64,000 nt of DNA from Candidatus Kapaibacterium sp. (GCA_030830285.1 JAURNF010000218.1:3354-67353), one strand, 5' to 3'. Shown: positions 10,437 to 23,500, numbered from the stretch's first letter. Made by a program: numbers and translations. The notes: generated from the letters alone by a model not told the origin.

Positions 10437-10919
10437 TCACACAGGCTTAAAGCCTTCGAATGCCTGAAGACATGCATTGCAGTAGTGCAATGATCTGCAC
10501 AATGTCGGACCAAACGGACTCTTGAGATCCGTGTCGCGTGAGCCGCAGTACGGACACGCTACATTGTTTAACACATCGAGCTTCAGCGTCAGTGTATCGA
10601 ACTGCTCAGGTGGTGCAAGTCCGTGTTTCAACAACGCAGCACGTCCAGCCTCTGTGAGACGATTTGTTGTCCAAGGTTCGTCGAAGTTTACATCGACAGT
10701 AACGTGTGTCACGCCAAGTGCACGCACAGCAGCTTCAACATCGCTGCGCATCACATCAATTGCCGGGCACCCAACGAACGTCGGCGTCATCGTTACGTGC
10801 ACATCGTCATCGCTACGCACATCAACATTGGTGATGATGCCCATGTCGTACACCGAGATTGTAGGAATCTCCGGATCACGAACTGAGAGCAATGCTTCAA
10901 TGACGTCGTTGTTGGTCAT
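10437..10919 (-). CDS. paaD: Phenylacetyl-CoA 1,2-epoxidase subunit D
   Basis: VRDPEIP, PTFVGCPA, WTT, CPYCGS...FGPTLCRSLHYCNACLQAFEGFK. Confidence 0.92.
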   Translation of the reverse strand: MTNNDVIEALLSVRDPEIPTISVYDMGIITNVDVRSDDDVHVTMTPTFVGCPAIDVMRSDVEAAVRALGVTHVTVDVNFDEPWTTNRLTEAGRAALLKHGLAPPEQFDTLTLKLDVLNNVACPYCGSRDTDLKSPFGPTLCRSLHYCNACLQAFEGFKPV

Positions 10920-10920
10920 A

Positions 10921-11676
10921 CTACCATTCAGCCGATGGATCGAGGCGATACACCTCTGTCATTTCATCGAGCATCGGTTGCAGATGATCCGTGTGATATC
11001 CCTTGCGTCCACCAAACTGCGCGTCCGCTGTTGAAGGCACATCAAGTGTCGAAGGTGCTAGGAGCTCGGCAACCATCGCTAACCAGCGCTCTTGCGTTGC
11101 GGCTTCGCCAATGCAGATACCTTCGTCGATAAGCGCTTGTTCGTGATTACCCGGCTCAAACATACCCAGTGCGTATGGCCACGCTTCACGGAGGGCCGAC
11201 TGCATGCGGGCGTGCGATTCTTCGTTCCCCTTTGCTCCGAGCTGCACCATCCATGTTTGTGCATGGTACAAGTGATACTTGAGCTCGCCATGAATCTTGC
11301 GAGCAAGCTTCGCAAGCGGCTCAACGCTGCTCTGTGACAGTGCTGTCCAACGCACGTATTCAGCGACATCAAACAAGAAGTGGCGTACGAGTGAGAAGTC
11401 GTACTCACCGATCGGTAGTTCAACGAAATGCGAGCAACGCATGTGCTCTGCGTTGCGCATGAAGGCAGCCGTATCAGGCTCTGGCTCGCCACAGAGCTCA
11501 TGCATGATCGCATACAATGCTTGGGCGTGACCCAGCTTGTCTTGTGCAATCGATGAGAAGGCGATGTCTTCTTCCAAGATCGGACCCAGTCCTGTCCACT
11601 CAGAGTGGCGATGTGCAAGGACCAACTCATCATCTGCCATACGATAGCAGAGATCTGCAAGCGCAGCAGTGTTCAT
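10921..11676 (-). CDS. paaC: Phenylacetyl-CoA 1,2-epoxidase subunit C
   Basis: ADDELVLAHRHSEW, LEEDIAFSSIAQDKLGHA, GRKGYHTDHL..ML.EM...YR...AEW. Confidence 0.92.
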   Translation of the reverse strand: MNTAALADLCYRMADDELVLAHRHSEWTGLGPILEEDIAFSSIAQDKLGHAQALYAIMHELCGEPEPDTAAFMRNAEHMRCSHFVELPIGEYDFSLVRHFLFDVAEYVRWTALSQSSVEPLAKLARKIHGELKYHLYHAQTWMVQLGAKGNEESHARMQSALREAWPYALGMFEPGNHEQALIDEGICIGEAATQERWLAMVAELLAPSTLDVPSTADAQFGGRKGYHTDHLQPMLDEMTEVYRLDPSAEW

Positions 11677-12068
11677 TCTGTTGTTCCTTCCTGGGATTGC
11701 TTCTTGAACGCTTCGACCTTGTTGCGCACCATGTACGCACCAACATCACGATACTTCTTCTCCGGTGTTGTTGCGAAGATGTCAGCATCTTCGGCTGACA
11801 TCGTGAACACATCACGCGTATTCACGACCCACAGATTCGTGGTCTGACCGCGACGTCCATACTGTTCCTTCGCGAGCAACAGAGCGAGCTCGTGGTTTGG
11901 AGCATGAACGCAGCCGACATGCGTGTGATGGGCACCAGTCTTCGCCTGGTGAAACACCTCGAAGGTCTGAAACTGATCCAGCTCTGGTTTTGGTTCCAAC
12001 GGAGCTGATTGTTCCGCGTCGAGATTCATCCGCGAGACGCGCGGATCGATAGAAATAATCGTAGCCAT
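11673..12068 (-). CDS. paaB: Phenylacetyl-CoA 1,2-epoxidase subunit B
   Basis: FEVF...HVGCVHAP...AL..AKEQYGRR...LWVV...KKYR; adjacent to paaC and paaD. Confidence 0.88.
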   Translation of the reverse strand: MATIISIDPRVSRMNLDAEQSAPLEPKPELDQFQTFEVFHQAKTGAHHTHVGCVHAPNHELALLLAKEQYGRRGQTTNLWVVNTRDVFTMSAEDADIFATTPEKKYRDVGAYMVRNKVEAFKKQSQEGTTE

Positions 12069-12072
12069 GGCG

Positions 12073-12080
12073 CAAAAATA
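12073..12080 (-). promoter_or_regulatory. -7 promoter element (TATTTTTG) for paaBCD
   Basis: Matches TAnnTTTG; 4 nt upstream of the paaB ATG at 12068. Confidence 0.65.
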
Positions 12081-12114
12081 AGACTGTGGTGTCTGATTAT
12101 CTCAGACTTCCTTC

Positions 12115-14418
12115 TTAGCGGTGCACTAAGATTGTAGAGGAGCGTAGGCGCACACCGCCGGATTCCAGGTGCAACGTGTATGACCCCGACGTAAGATGTC
12201 CTACGTCCAACGTGAGGTCGGTGCTGGCCCCTTGCCGCACCTCGTACGTCCATTCGCCTACCACACGCCCTGTAACATCGCAGAGAAGCACCTGTACGTC
12301 GCGCTGAGGCGCTCCTCGCACGAGAAGCGCACCGATGCGTGCCTCGCCCGATACAGGCATCGGAAACGGATCGGACAACCGCCACGCATCACCCGCGGAG
12401 TACACCAAGGTCATCACATCCACGTTGCAGCGCGACGTGCCCTGGAAGGTGAGAGGTTGTCCGTTGCTCCGCACAGGGATGTACCACGTTGAGCACGTAT
12501 CAGGAAGTGCAAGCGTGTCGACAACACGTCCGGTATCGATCGCCGACACACACAACGTGAAGCGTCCAACCTCTTGCGGCGCAATGACCACTGGGAGCTG
12601 CGATTGTGGAATCGACACGAACACATTTCCAAGCAGGTATGGTCGTGCGATTACGAGCGGCTCAGTCGTCGATCGATTGCGAACAACCACGTCGCCACAT
12701 GCGATCGTGCCAATCGGATGATCTTGCACGACGATGCTGGAATCAGATGCTGACGCGAATTGGATCTCGGCCTTGTTACGTGTTTCGAGCTTCACTACCG
12801 TAACGGTATCGGAAACTCCTATGCAGCCGAATGAATCAATTACTGTGACGTACCACGTGCCCCCTTCACCAACGGTGATGCTCTGCGATGACTCGCCGCT
12901 GCTCCACTGATACACATCGAATCCACTCGGTGCGCTGAGCACAACGACTTCGTCAAGGCATATGCGTAAGGGGCGATTCGCTTGAATTGTTGGTTCGGGG
13001 TTAGGATGAATAACAGCAGTTGCTGCTGCACTACGTGTGCATCCATTCGTATCCACAACGGTGCACGTGTACTGTCCAGCTGTTGACGCGACAATGCTGC
13101 GCGTCGTATCACCAGTGCTCCAGAGGAAGGACACAAACGGCCCCTCGACAGTGAGCGTGATGCTATCGCCTTCACACACGAATGGTTTCGAGAGTGTGAT
13201 CGTTGGCTCCGTCGACGGACGGAAGCGAAGTTCAATTGTATCGGACGCGCTTTGGCAGGTAGCAGGATCATACACTGTTACGGCGTAGACACCAGCTGTT
13301 GTAAGTGCACGCGTTGGTGACGACGCGCCATCGCTCCATTTGATGGCAGTTTGCGTTGTGATAACGCGTACATCGAGAACTTCGCCTTCGCAGAGCTCTA
13401 CGACACGTGCGTCTGGCTCAATGCGAACATCAGGTTTTGGTGCCGAGAAGTTTGTCTTATACACGCCATCACCAACGCACCATCCAAGCGTATCGTTGAT
13501 GAACCACACATCATCGACATTGCCACGAATGCCACAGTTGCGACGCGTCCACGACTGACCATAGTCATCGGTGTAGAGTACCGTTCGTTCGTCGCCGACA
13601 CCCCAGCCTCGGCGTTCATCGATGAGGAACGTGCCGAACATATTGCTACCTGTGGGCGACTCGCGCCACGTACGTCCGGCATCGCGACTGAAGCGAAGGC
13701 TACCAACGCCACGCGTGTTACCATCGCAATTCGTACCAGATGTTGGCAGAAGGATCGAGTTGCCAACAACAGAAAGCTCCTCTGTCCAGATCTTTGCACC
13801 AGTGCTCGAGTAGAATCGCCATGTACGACCGAAGTCTTCGGTTCGCCATAGCACTCCGCTACTGACGGCATATCCAGAGCCATCGCGGAATATCAACCCG
13901 TCGCTCAACCCTGATAGTGGTTCACTGGTGTAAAACACCGACCACGACTGTCCCGCATCTGTCGTGCGGAAGAAACCTTGCAATCCCGTTGCGCAACCAC
14001 CAACGAAGTACAGACCCTCACGTTGATTGATCCAGTACGAGCCCCAACCCTTTTCGCGATTCGGGTCAAACGGCGAAATGTCTTGCCATGAGCGTCCACC
14101 ATCAGTACTGCGGAACACTCCTGCTTCTCCCGACGTGTATCCGACTTGAGGCGTAAGAAACTGCACGTACTCCAGGAATGCGTTCGGTATCTGCGAACCC
14201 TGCCACGTCGTTCCACCATCGGTGGTACGAATGATATACCCCTCGATGCTACATGCCCACCCATACTGTGGGTTCGAAGGCAAGAAGAACACATCCAGGT
14301 AGTATCCGCGATTGTACGGGGCTGGCAGTTGCATCTCTTCCCACTGAGCGGAGAGCTGTGTCCAACCTGTGACCAGGATGCAAACCGTCAGTATGAGTTG
14401 CTTGAGGATGGGATGCAT
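12115..14418 (-). CDS. T9SS cargo: YCF48/BNR-like beta-propeller, Ig-like repeats, CTD
   Basis: Signal peptide (LSA|Q); TTDGGTTW, STDGGRSW, TDDYGQSW repeats; CEG..LT...WSTG.TT.SI repeats; PFPMP...LTSGSYTL...VHR CTD. Confidence 0.8.
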   Translation of the reverse strand: MHPILKQLILTVCILVTGWTQLSAQWEEMQLPAPYNRGYYLDVFFLPSNPQYGWACSIEGYIIRTTDGGTTWQGSQIPNAFLEYVQFLTPQVGYTSGEAGVFRSTDGGRSWQDISPFDPNREKGWGSYWINQREGLYFVGGCATGLQGFFRTTDAGQSWSVFYTSEPLSGLSDGLIFRDGSGYAVSSGVLWRTEDFGRTWRFYSSTGAKIWTEELSVVGNSILLPTSGTNCDGNTRGVGSLRFSRDAGRTWRESPTGSNMFGTFLIDERRGWGVGDERTVLYTDDYGQSWTRRNCGIRGNVDDVWFINDTLGWCVGDGVYKTNFSAPKPDVRIEPDARVVELCEGEVLDVRVITTQTAIKWSDGASSPTRALTTAGVYAVTVYDPATCQSASDTIELRFRPSTEPTITLSKPFVCEGDSITLTVEGPFVSFLWSTGDTTRSIVASTAGQYTCTVVDTNGCTRSAAATAVIHPNPEPTIQANRPLRICLDEVVVLSAPSGFDVYQWSSGESSQSITVGEGGTWYVTVIDSFGCIGVSDTVTVVKLETRNKAEIQFASASDSSIVVQDHPIGTIACGDVVVRNRSTTEPLVIARPYLLGNVFVSIPQSQLPVVIAPQEVGRFTLCVSAIDTGRVVDTLALPDTCSTWYIPVRSNGQPLTFQGTSRCNVDVMTLVYSAGDAWRLSDPFPMPVSGEARIGALLVRGAPQRDVQVLLCDVTGRVVGEWTYEVRQGASTDLTLDVGHLTSGSYTLHLESGGVRLRSSTILVHR

Positions 14419-14449
14419 AGTGTGATGATGTAGTGACGGCCCCAGCCCT

Positions 14450-14485
14450 AAAATAAAAACGGGGACGCACCGAAGTGCGTCCCCG
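14450..14485 (-). terminator. Rho-independent terminator of the giant surface-protein gene
   Basis: Minus strand CGGGGACGCAC-TTCG-GTGCGTCCCCG (11-bp stem, UUCG loop) followed by TTTTTATTTT, about 30 nt after the stop at 14514. Confidence 0.9.
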
Positions 14486-14513
14486 CTTGACCAAATCTGG
14501 TCGGAATGTCAGA

Positions 14514-17500
14514 TTACTGACGGACCATGCGAGCTACCCAGCGCTGGCTGCCTGCAGATACAACCACGTTGTATGCACCGGCTGAGAGTGTACCCATGTC
14601 TACTGTTGCGCGGAAGTTACCTGCAACTGATGTCTCGTTGAGAGTCATCACGAGTTCGCCAAGAGCGTTGACGAGTTCGATGCGGACTGGGCCAGCTTCG
14701 CTGACGATTGTCTCGATGGTGAAGCGACCGTTCGTTGGATTTGGCGACACGCGGAGAGCTGCCTGATGGCCTGCTACTACGTCGTCGTTTACGTCCGTGA
14801 GGATCACGTCGAAGCCTTCAGATGTGTTCTCACAACCATTTGCATCTGTGATGCGCACGCGGTATGTACCTGGGAGGTTAACCGTGAGCTGCTTGTTAGC
14901 TGCGCCTGGCATGTCAACACCGTTGCGAATCCACTGATATGCTGTAGCTGCTGTTGAGTTCGCTGAAAGCACATCACCCATACGCTGGATTGTTGGAACC
15001 GCTGGGAGGTTGTTGACTGTGATTGATGTCTTGGCCGATACAGCTGGGCATGTCTGGTTTGCAACCGTGACAAAGTACTCACCTGCGCGGTCAACTGTGA
15101 TCGTGCGACCAACAACACCGTTCGACCATACATAGCTTGTGTAGCCTTCTGGAGCTGTGAGCGTTACCGCTCCACCTTCGCAGAATGTTGTTGGGCCATT
15201 GACCGTAACAACCGGTGTTTGTACACGATTCATCGTGAGCTTGACTGTGTCCGATACACCTGCACAGCCGTTGACGTCAACAACTTGGCAGAAGATGTCA
15301 TCGCTTGCCTTGACAACGATGCTGCGTGATGTACCGTACGATACGCCGTTTTGTGATACCCATGTGTAGTTGACATATCCAGCAGGTGCGCTGACTGTTG
15401 CCGAGTCACCTGTGCAGAATGTGCCGTTTACAACTGTGAGTGTCGGTGTTGGCTTAGCATATACTGTCACGTCAACTTCTGTCGATGTGCCTGTGCAGCC
15501 GTTGCCATCAGATACCGATACAGTGTACGAGCCAGACTCTGTAACTGTGACTGACTGCGTTGTTGCACCGTTCGACCACAGGTAGCCGCTAAAGCCAGCT
15601 GGTGCCGTAAGTGTTACGCTGCCGCCTTCACAGAATGTGAGTGGACCGCTGATTGTAACGATTGGGAGTGCGCTTGGGAACACGTTAACGCGTACTGTAT
15701 CCGAACGGTTTGAGCAACCATTTGCATCTGTTACAACACACCAGTAGTTACCTGTTGTGCGAACAACGATGCTGCGTGCTGTCTCACCTGTGTTCCAGAC
15801 GTAGTTCGAGAAGCCGAGAGGAGCGCTGATTGTGACATCACCACCTTGGCAGAATGTTGTTGGTCCAGAGACCGACAGCTGTGCTTGTGGGAGTGCGTTC
15901 ACTGTTACTTGACGCTGGTTCAGGACTGTGCAGCCGAAGCCGTTTGTTTCCGAAACCGTAAGCGTAGCAACACCTGGGAGTGTCCATTCAACTGCAACGT
16001 TTGGTGTGCCTTGGCCAGAGCGGATGATGTTTCCGCCTGTGAGCGACCATACGTATGTGTTACCTGGAACACCTACTGTGCTGTAGTTCTCAACTGTGTT
16101 CTGACATGCGCTTGAAGCACCAACGATCGATGGGTTTGGAAGCGGGTTAACTGTGACGCTAAGCGTACCAGTTGCCGTGCAACCGAAGGTCGATGTGTGG
16201 AGGCACGTAACTGTACCTGTCACTGGTGTCGAACCACCGTTTGCCCACTGAACGTTGAGTGTGAGCGTGCCTTGACCAGAGACGATAGCACCACCCGTTA
16301 CCGACCATGTCGGTGTAAGCGAGCCAGATGCGCCTGTGATCGTTGGGATGCTCGATGTGTACGAAGCCGTATTCACTGTCGCTGGGCTGTCTGTGAGATC
16401 TGTCGCGCAGACAACTGTTGGACCTGTGATTGTTGGTACTGGTGGGATCGGACGGATTGTAACATTCAGCGTTGTTGTTGCGAAGCAAGTACCAGCTGGT
16501 GCCACATCAGCAACATCTTCACGTACTGTGACCGATGCTGTGCCTGTGTTTGGCCATACTGGAGCTGTGCACGTTACGCGGAATGTGTTTGGAGCCGTCT
16601 GAACACCTGTGCCGCCAATTGCCGACCAAGTGTATGTGTTACCTGTCACGAGTGGTGTTGTGTAGTCAAACGTAGCGTTGCCGCATGGGTTGACTTCGCC
16701 TGTGATGACCGGTGTTGGCGTACGACGGATGTCGATCTGCTGTGTCGTTGTCGTGATGCAGTCAGAGCCAGGAACTGTCTCTGTGCATGCGACTGTACCC
16801 GCACCAGCTGCACCCCACTGAACCGTGATCGTGTTGGTGTTCTGACCCGAAAGGATCGTACCACCAGTTACTGCCCACTGGAATACGTTGTCTGGTGTTG
16901 CTGTCACAGCATACGTGTGTGTGCTGTTGTTGCAAACCACGCCTGGACGACGTGTTGATGGGTTACCGAATCCTGTTGCCGACGTGATTGCCGGTGTTGG
17001 GATTGGGTTAACACGAACGTTGATTGTCTGAACACCGACGCAGAAACCACCAAGGGCTGTTTCTGTGACCGTCATTGTGTGGAGACCTGGCTGAATCCAG
17101 CGAACTGTGATTTCGCTAGCTGCTGGATAACCAGCAACTGTTTGGAACGCATTAGCTGGAGTGATCGACCAGTTGTATGTGCTACCTGGAACTGTGAGTG
17201 TAGCGTATGTATGTGTCTTGTCGATACATACTACGCGTGCCCCGTCGATTGCAGGTGTTGGCTGGTAACCGACAGCAACGTTAGCAGTGCGTGTTGTAGC
17301 GCAAGTCGTGCCTGTTGTTGTCTCAGTTACTGTGATTGTGCCGTTACCTTGGTTCTGCCAGTTCACAAGAACTTGGTTGCCTGTAGCTGAACCAACTACT
17401 GTACCACCAGTTACTGTCCAGTTGAACGTGCTCGCAGCGTTAGCTGGTGTCGAGTACGTGATCTGCTGGCCTTGGCAAGCTTGGTTAAGATTGCCACCTG

Positions 17501-20500
17501 GTGTTACGCGTGAGATTGCTGTAGCTGTTGGTGTTTGCTTGACAACTACCGTAGCAATCTGTGTGCGTGCGCAGTTACCCGATGAGTTCACTTGTGTTAC
17601 CGACAGCGTCCATGAGCCCGCTGTTGTCCACTGAACATTGATCGTGCTGCTAGCTGGGTTCGATACGATCGAACCACCACCGCTTACTGTCCAAGCATAC
17701 GAATGACCAGCGTTGTCGTCTGTGCTGTACTCTACAGTTTCGCCAGAGCAGACCACTGTTGGACCAGCGATGTATGGATTCGGCTGCTCTTCAACTGACA
17801 CGTTACGTGTGAGTGATGTCGAGCAGTTCGTTCCAGTTGTGCTGATTGTAACGCTTACAGTCTGGTTGCCAAGTGTTGTCCACTGAACAGCGACATCATT
17901 TGTGCCTGCGCCGTCTGTGATCGCTCCACCTGTTACAGTCCATGTGTATGTCTGACCTGCAACGTTTACGACTGTGTAGTTTTCGATTGAACCGTTACAT
18001 ACAACTGCTGGACCGCTGATAGCTGTCTGCGTTGGTGTCTGGTTCACAACAACGTTCATCGTAGCTGTCGCTTGGCAGTTAGCCGAAGCATTGCGCTGCG
18101 TGACTGTTACTGTGTGTGTACCTGCTGTAGTCCATTTGACTGAGTACGAGTTGCTTGTTGTACCCGACACTGCCGTACCACCACCCGAAAGTGTCCACTG
18201 ATATGTGTGGCCAGCAACCGCTGGTGTGCTGTACGACGTTGTTGTGCCAGTACATACAGGCGATGTACCTGTGATAGCTGGAGCTGGTTGATCTTCAACA
18301 GCAACGTTACGTGTGAGTGATGTCGAACATGTTGTACCAGCCGTTGTGATTGTTACACCAACTGTCTGTGTACCAACTGTTGTCCACTGAACACTGATTG
18401 CGCTTGTGCCATTACCGCTGACAATTGCACCACCAGTTACTGTCCAGCTGTATTCCTGACCACCACCATTTGTAACGCTGTAGTTCTGTGTTGAACCGTT
18501 ACATACCGTTGCAGGGCCAGCAATCGCTGTCTGCGTTGGCATTGAATTGATTGTCACAAGAACAGAAGCGCTGTTCGAGCAACCCGATGCTGTGTTTGTC
18601 TCTGTTACTGTGACTGTTGATGACAACGTCGCACCAGGTGCTGGGTTGTTCCACTTAACAGTAAGAGCATTTGTGCCTGAACCACTCAGAATCGTTGCAT
18701 TACCAAGCGACCATGAGTATGTGTTGCCAGCATTGTTTGTTGTGCTGTATGTCTGTGTTGAATTACCACAAACATTTGTTGCACCTGTGATGATCGGAGC
18801 TGGTGGGTTTACAACAGTTACGTTCTGAGCGACCGTCGTTGTGCACTGAGTTGCGCTGTGCCACTTCGAGAGTGTTACTGTGCCTGTGCCTGTTGTCGTC
18901 CAGTTGACGTCTACTGTAGAAGCATTGTTCGCACCCGAGATAGCACCGTTTGCAGATACTGTCCAGAGGTAGCCGAACGTACCAGTTGTTGCGTCTGAGT
19001 TGCCGTATGTGATTGTCTGGTTAACGCATGCACCACCAACTGAACCACCTGCTGTTACGCGTGTGATTGTTGGAACTGGTGTTGCGGCAAGCGAAACAAC
19101 CTTGCTTACTGTCTTCGAACATGTTGTAGCTGTTGCAGTCTCAGTTACCGAGATCGTGAAGTTGCCACCAGCAAGATTGCCAGCGAGAACTGTAGCTGAT
19201 GCTGTGTTAACACCTGCTGTGATCGTACCGTTACCTGTGATTGCCCAGTTGTACGTGTTGTTCGGAGCGTTGTTAGCTGTTGAGAATGTTGCAACAGCAT
19301 TGTCACACATCGTTGTTGGACCGCTGATCACCGGTGTTGGTGTTGCGCGGACGTTGACAGTGATCGTGTTACGAGCGACACAGCCAGCTGGAGTTGTCTC
19401 TGTGAGTGTCACTGTTGCAGAGTTCGTTGGAGTTGAGCCCCAAGTAACTGTGATCGTGTTCTGGTTCAGAGCTGTAACCGTTGATGGGCTAGCTACTGTA
19501 CCTGCACCCGCTGCACCACCTGGTGTTGTGATTGTACCACCAACTACGTCCCACTTGTATGTATCACCCGTGTAGAGTGTTGACGAGTAGTTCGATGTAG
19601 ATGTTGGCGAACCTGGGTTGTTCTGGCACACGTCCGTTGGACCAACAATAGCTGGTGTTGGGAGTGGGTATACCGTTACGTTCATCGACTTCGTCGAAGA
19701 ACATGCACCCCATGATGCCGGAAGTGTCACGACGCAAGTAACTGTACCTGTGCCTGAACCGCCTGTTGTGTTCCACTCACCGATGATGTCAGTTGTGCCT
19801 TGACCCGAGCGGATCGTACCAGACACTGTACCTGTTGACATCGACCATGCATATGTGGTTCCTGTTGGGAACGTACATGTTGCACCAAGCGTACGCTTGA
19901 GCGAGTATGTCTTGATGTGCTCTTCGTAGCCACCGTACACACATGCTGTAGCATCACCTTGAACGAATGCATCAAATGGTGTTGGGTAGAGCGTAACTGA
20001 ACGTGTTGTTGTGTCCAAGCAACCGTTTGCATTCTCAGCAATCAAACGTACTGTATGTGTCTGAGTTTCTGGTGAGCCTGCAACTGGGTTGCATGATACT
20101 GCGTAGTCACCCCATGTCACTGTGAACGGATTCACAGTGTTGTTAACCGTGCGGTTAGCAAACGTTGGTGTTGTTCCTGCTGGAGGCGTTGTTGTGAACG
20201 TCCAATCAAAGAACTGGTTCGGAGCTGGTGTTACGTTGCCCGGAGTGAAGACTGTTGTTGAACCACCGCATGCTGTTGCATTTGATGAGATCGAAGCAAC
20301 TGGCTTCTCGAGAACTGCTACTACTGTCGAACCGTATGACTGCAAGCAACCACCCGCTGGGATAGCGCGTGTGTGCGTTGCGTTCTGTACGAGTGCTGCC
20401 GATACATCAACCGTGACGTTCGATGACGTCGATGGGTTCGATGTGATCGTTGGCATGAGGTAGGCAGAGTTGATTGTCAGCGTCTTGCCTGTGCCGTCAC

Positions 20501-23500
20501 CAAGAACAGTGACTGCTGGCGAAAGCGCTGCGCCACCCTTGCGTACTTGGTAGATCACACCAGCTTGTGTAGTTGCGAGAGAAACTGTGAAGTTCTCTTC
20601 GAAGCACACTGGGTTTGGAGTAATCGTTACGCCAGGGTTTGTTGGCAGTGCGAACACTGTTGTCGATGCTGTTGTAGAGTTGCCGCTCTGGCAAGCTGGT
20701 GGGTTTGTTGATGATACTGCACGAACACGGAAGTCGTAGTTCGGAGTAGCAAGTGTTGGCACACCGCCAGCAGGCGATGTGGCATCTGCAAGTGCGATTG
20801 AACCCGCACCGCCACCAAATGTTCCAACAAGCGTCCATACGCCTGCTCCTGCAGGGCTGCGCTCGAGTTGGTAGTTCGCCCAAGTTACTGTGTTAACAGC
20901 AGTAAAGTTGATGAGCGAACCAAAGCATGTGCGCTCGCTACCAGCATTTACGGTAAGTGTTGGTGTTGGAGGAATGCCGTGGACGTTGATTGCTGTGTTC
21001 GCAACTGATGCAACGTATGGACCGCAACCTGTAACAAGGCTAGCACCGCTTGATGTTGCAATTGCACGGAATGTGTACGTTGATGCTGTTGGAGCAGTTG
21101 CAGTGAATGCAAGCTCAGCAGCAGGGACCGTGAATGTGAGTCCTGCACCTGTACCAGCTACTTGTGGTGCTGTTGAAAGTGCCCACGAAGTACCACCGTT
21201 TGTCGATACTTCGAGACGGTACGTCCAATTGACTTGCGAAGAAGCAAGTGTAATCGTACCGTTTGATCCGCTACAAACGTTTGCTGTAGATGTCGACAGC
21301 GTTTGTGCTGTTGGACGTGGGTTGAAGTTTACGTTGTAGTCAGGTGTAGTTGTACCGCAACCTGCACCACCTGGGAATGTTTCTGTGACCTTCACCCTAC
21401 CAGGTGTTGTGCCGTAGAACACTACGCGGATGCGGCTTGCATTGACAGTCGCAGCCAGTGTTTGGCTACCAACTGGTGTTACGTTGCCAGCTGGTGTGAT
21501 CCAGCTTCCACCGTTGTTTGTTGAGTACCCAACGATGAAGCCTTCAGTTGCCTGCCATCCGTAGCTGTTACCAGATACGAGTGTTGTTGAGTAGTCGTAT
21601 GTGTGTGTCCAAGGACCAGCATGTGGCTGACCAACTGGGTTGTTGATCTCTTGGCAAACTGCTGTAGGACCAGAAACTACCGGTGTTGGGACCGGAGCAA
21701 CTGTGAAGCTTGTAACTGTCGTAGTTGCGCAGCTTGAAGCTGGGTCAGTTGCTGTTACCGTGATCGACTTTGCACCAGCACCACCGAGGTTCGTGATCGA
21801 GTTCGTCGTGGCAGGACCAGCAGCTGAGAGAGTTACACCCGACGCTGTCCATGTGTAGTTAATCGTTGGCTGACCAGAGTTACCGTTCGTCGTTACAGTC
21901 AAACCGACTGGAACAATTGTACCAGCGCAGAGTGACGTAATAGCAGGTGCACCACCAGTTGTTGCAACCTGAGCGTCAGCAGGCATCGCATACAATGTCG
22001 TTGTTGTCGAAGCACTTGAGCTTGTGCAACCAGCAACTGTTTGTGTTGCCGACACTGTTACAACTTGCGATGTTGGAGCTGTTGATGCTACGCGAGCAAT
22101 CTGACCCCAAGTAACGCTGAATGCGCTCGGCAGTGTAACTGAACCTGATGTCGTTGTACCAGCAGGAGCGCCCGATACAGTCCAGTTGAGTGTACCACCG
22201 GCTGTGCCAGTGAATGTGTATGACTGCGAGCGTGTTCCGTTTGCGTCAGATGCGCATGATGTTGCTGCACCAGAAGACAAGACAGGAGCGGATGGTGTTT
22301 GCGTGATTGTTACAGACGATGTTACCGTAGCACTTACACATGATGTTGGTGCTGAACCGGTAACTACGCAGCTAACTTGATACGAAGCTGTTGCTGTACC
22401 TGGATTTGAGAATGCAACTGTGAACGACGATGCGCTTGTTGCTCCCGGTGTACCGATACCTGATGGGTCACTTAATTCAGCCCACAAGTATGTTGGTGAA
22501 CCGCCATCATTCACAAGACCAGAGACGTTCCACGTGTGGCTCAAGCCACCGCAAAGTGTTCCTGATGGAGGTGTGATTGTGAATGATGGGAGTGGCTGGA
22601 TAGAGATCGTGTATGTTTCAAGCGATGCACAACCGCCAACAGTGTACTCGTGAGTGATCGTGCCAGTTGAGCCTGAACCCCATGTCACGTCAAACGTACC
22701 AGCACCTGTACCAGTGACTTGACCGCCACCGATTGAAAGACCACCCGTTGCTGCAGAGAGGCTTGAGTTACCAGATACACTAATCGTGTGTGATCCGGCA
22801 CCTGCAACAGTGTATGTATGTGTTGCGCCTGCGCAAGGGATTGTTGCAGCACCGATGCCTGCACCAGTCATGCCAAAGTCAGCAGCTACCGGCGATGCTG
22901 TTACTGTTACAGCCATCGTCGTTGTTGCTTGGCAACCGTTCACTGTGTTCTCAACACATGAGATTGATTGCGCACCTGTTGACGTCCACTGAACCGTTAC
23001 TTGTGTAACGCCCGTGTTGAAGTTGCCACCAACACCTGTACCGCCGGTGTTCGTCGATGTAGCTGGGAGAGTTGTTGTTGTTGCTGCGTTTGCAGCGACA
23101 ATGCTACCACCTGTTAAAACCCAACGGTAACCATTCGCAACGTTACCAGAGGCCAAACCATATGTATAGTTCAGCGGCGTTGGAGCCGTTTGGAACGATG
23201 GGTTGCCCGTTGCAGATGCGAGGAACTGACATGGTGTGTTCGCACCAACAATCGACGGAGCTGGAAGAGCGTGTACCGTTGTTGTTGTGCTGTACGTACG
23301 AGTACAACCAGACGTTGTTGACTCAACAACTGTGACTGTACCTGTACCGCCAGCAGCTGCTGTCCACTGGATCGTGCGCGATGTTGCACCTGTTGACGTA
23401 CCGTTGATGTATCCACCCTGCCATGTGTAGGCAAGACCAGATGCAGAGTACGTGTACGTGTTGCCAAGTCCCGTGTTGCCGGTGATCGTGTAGACAACGT

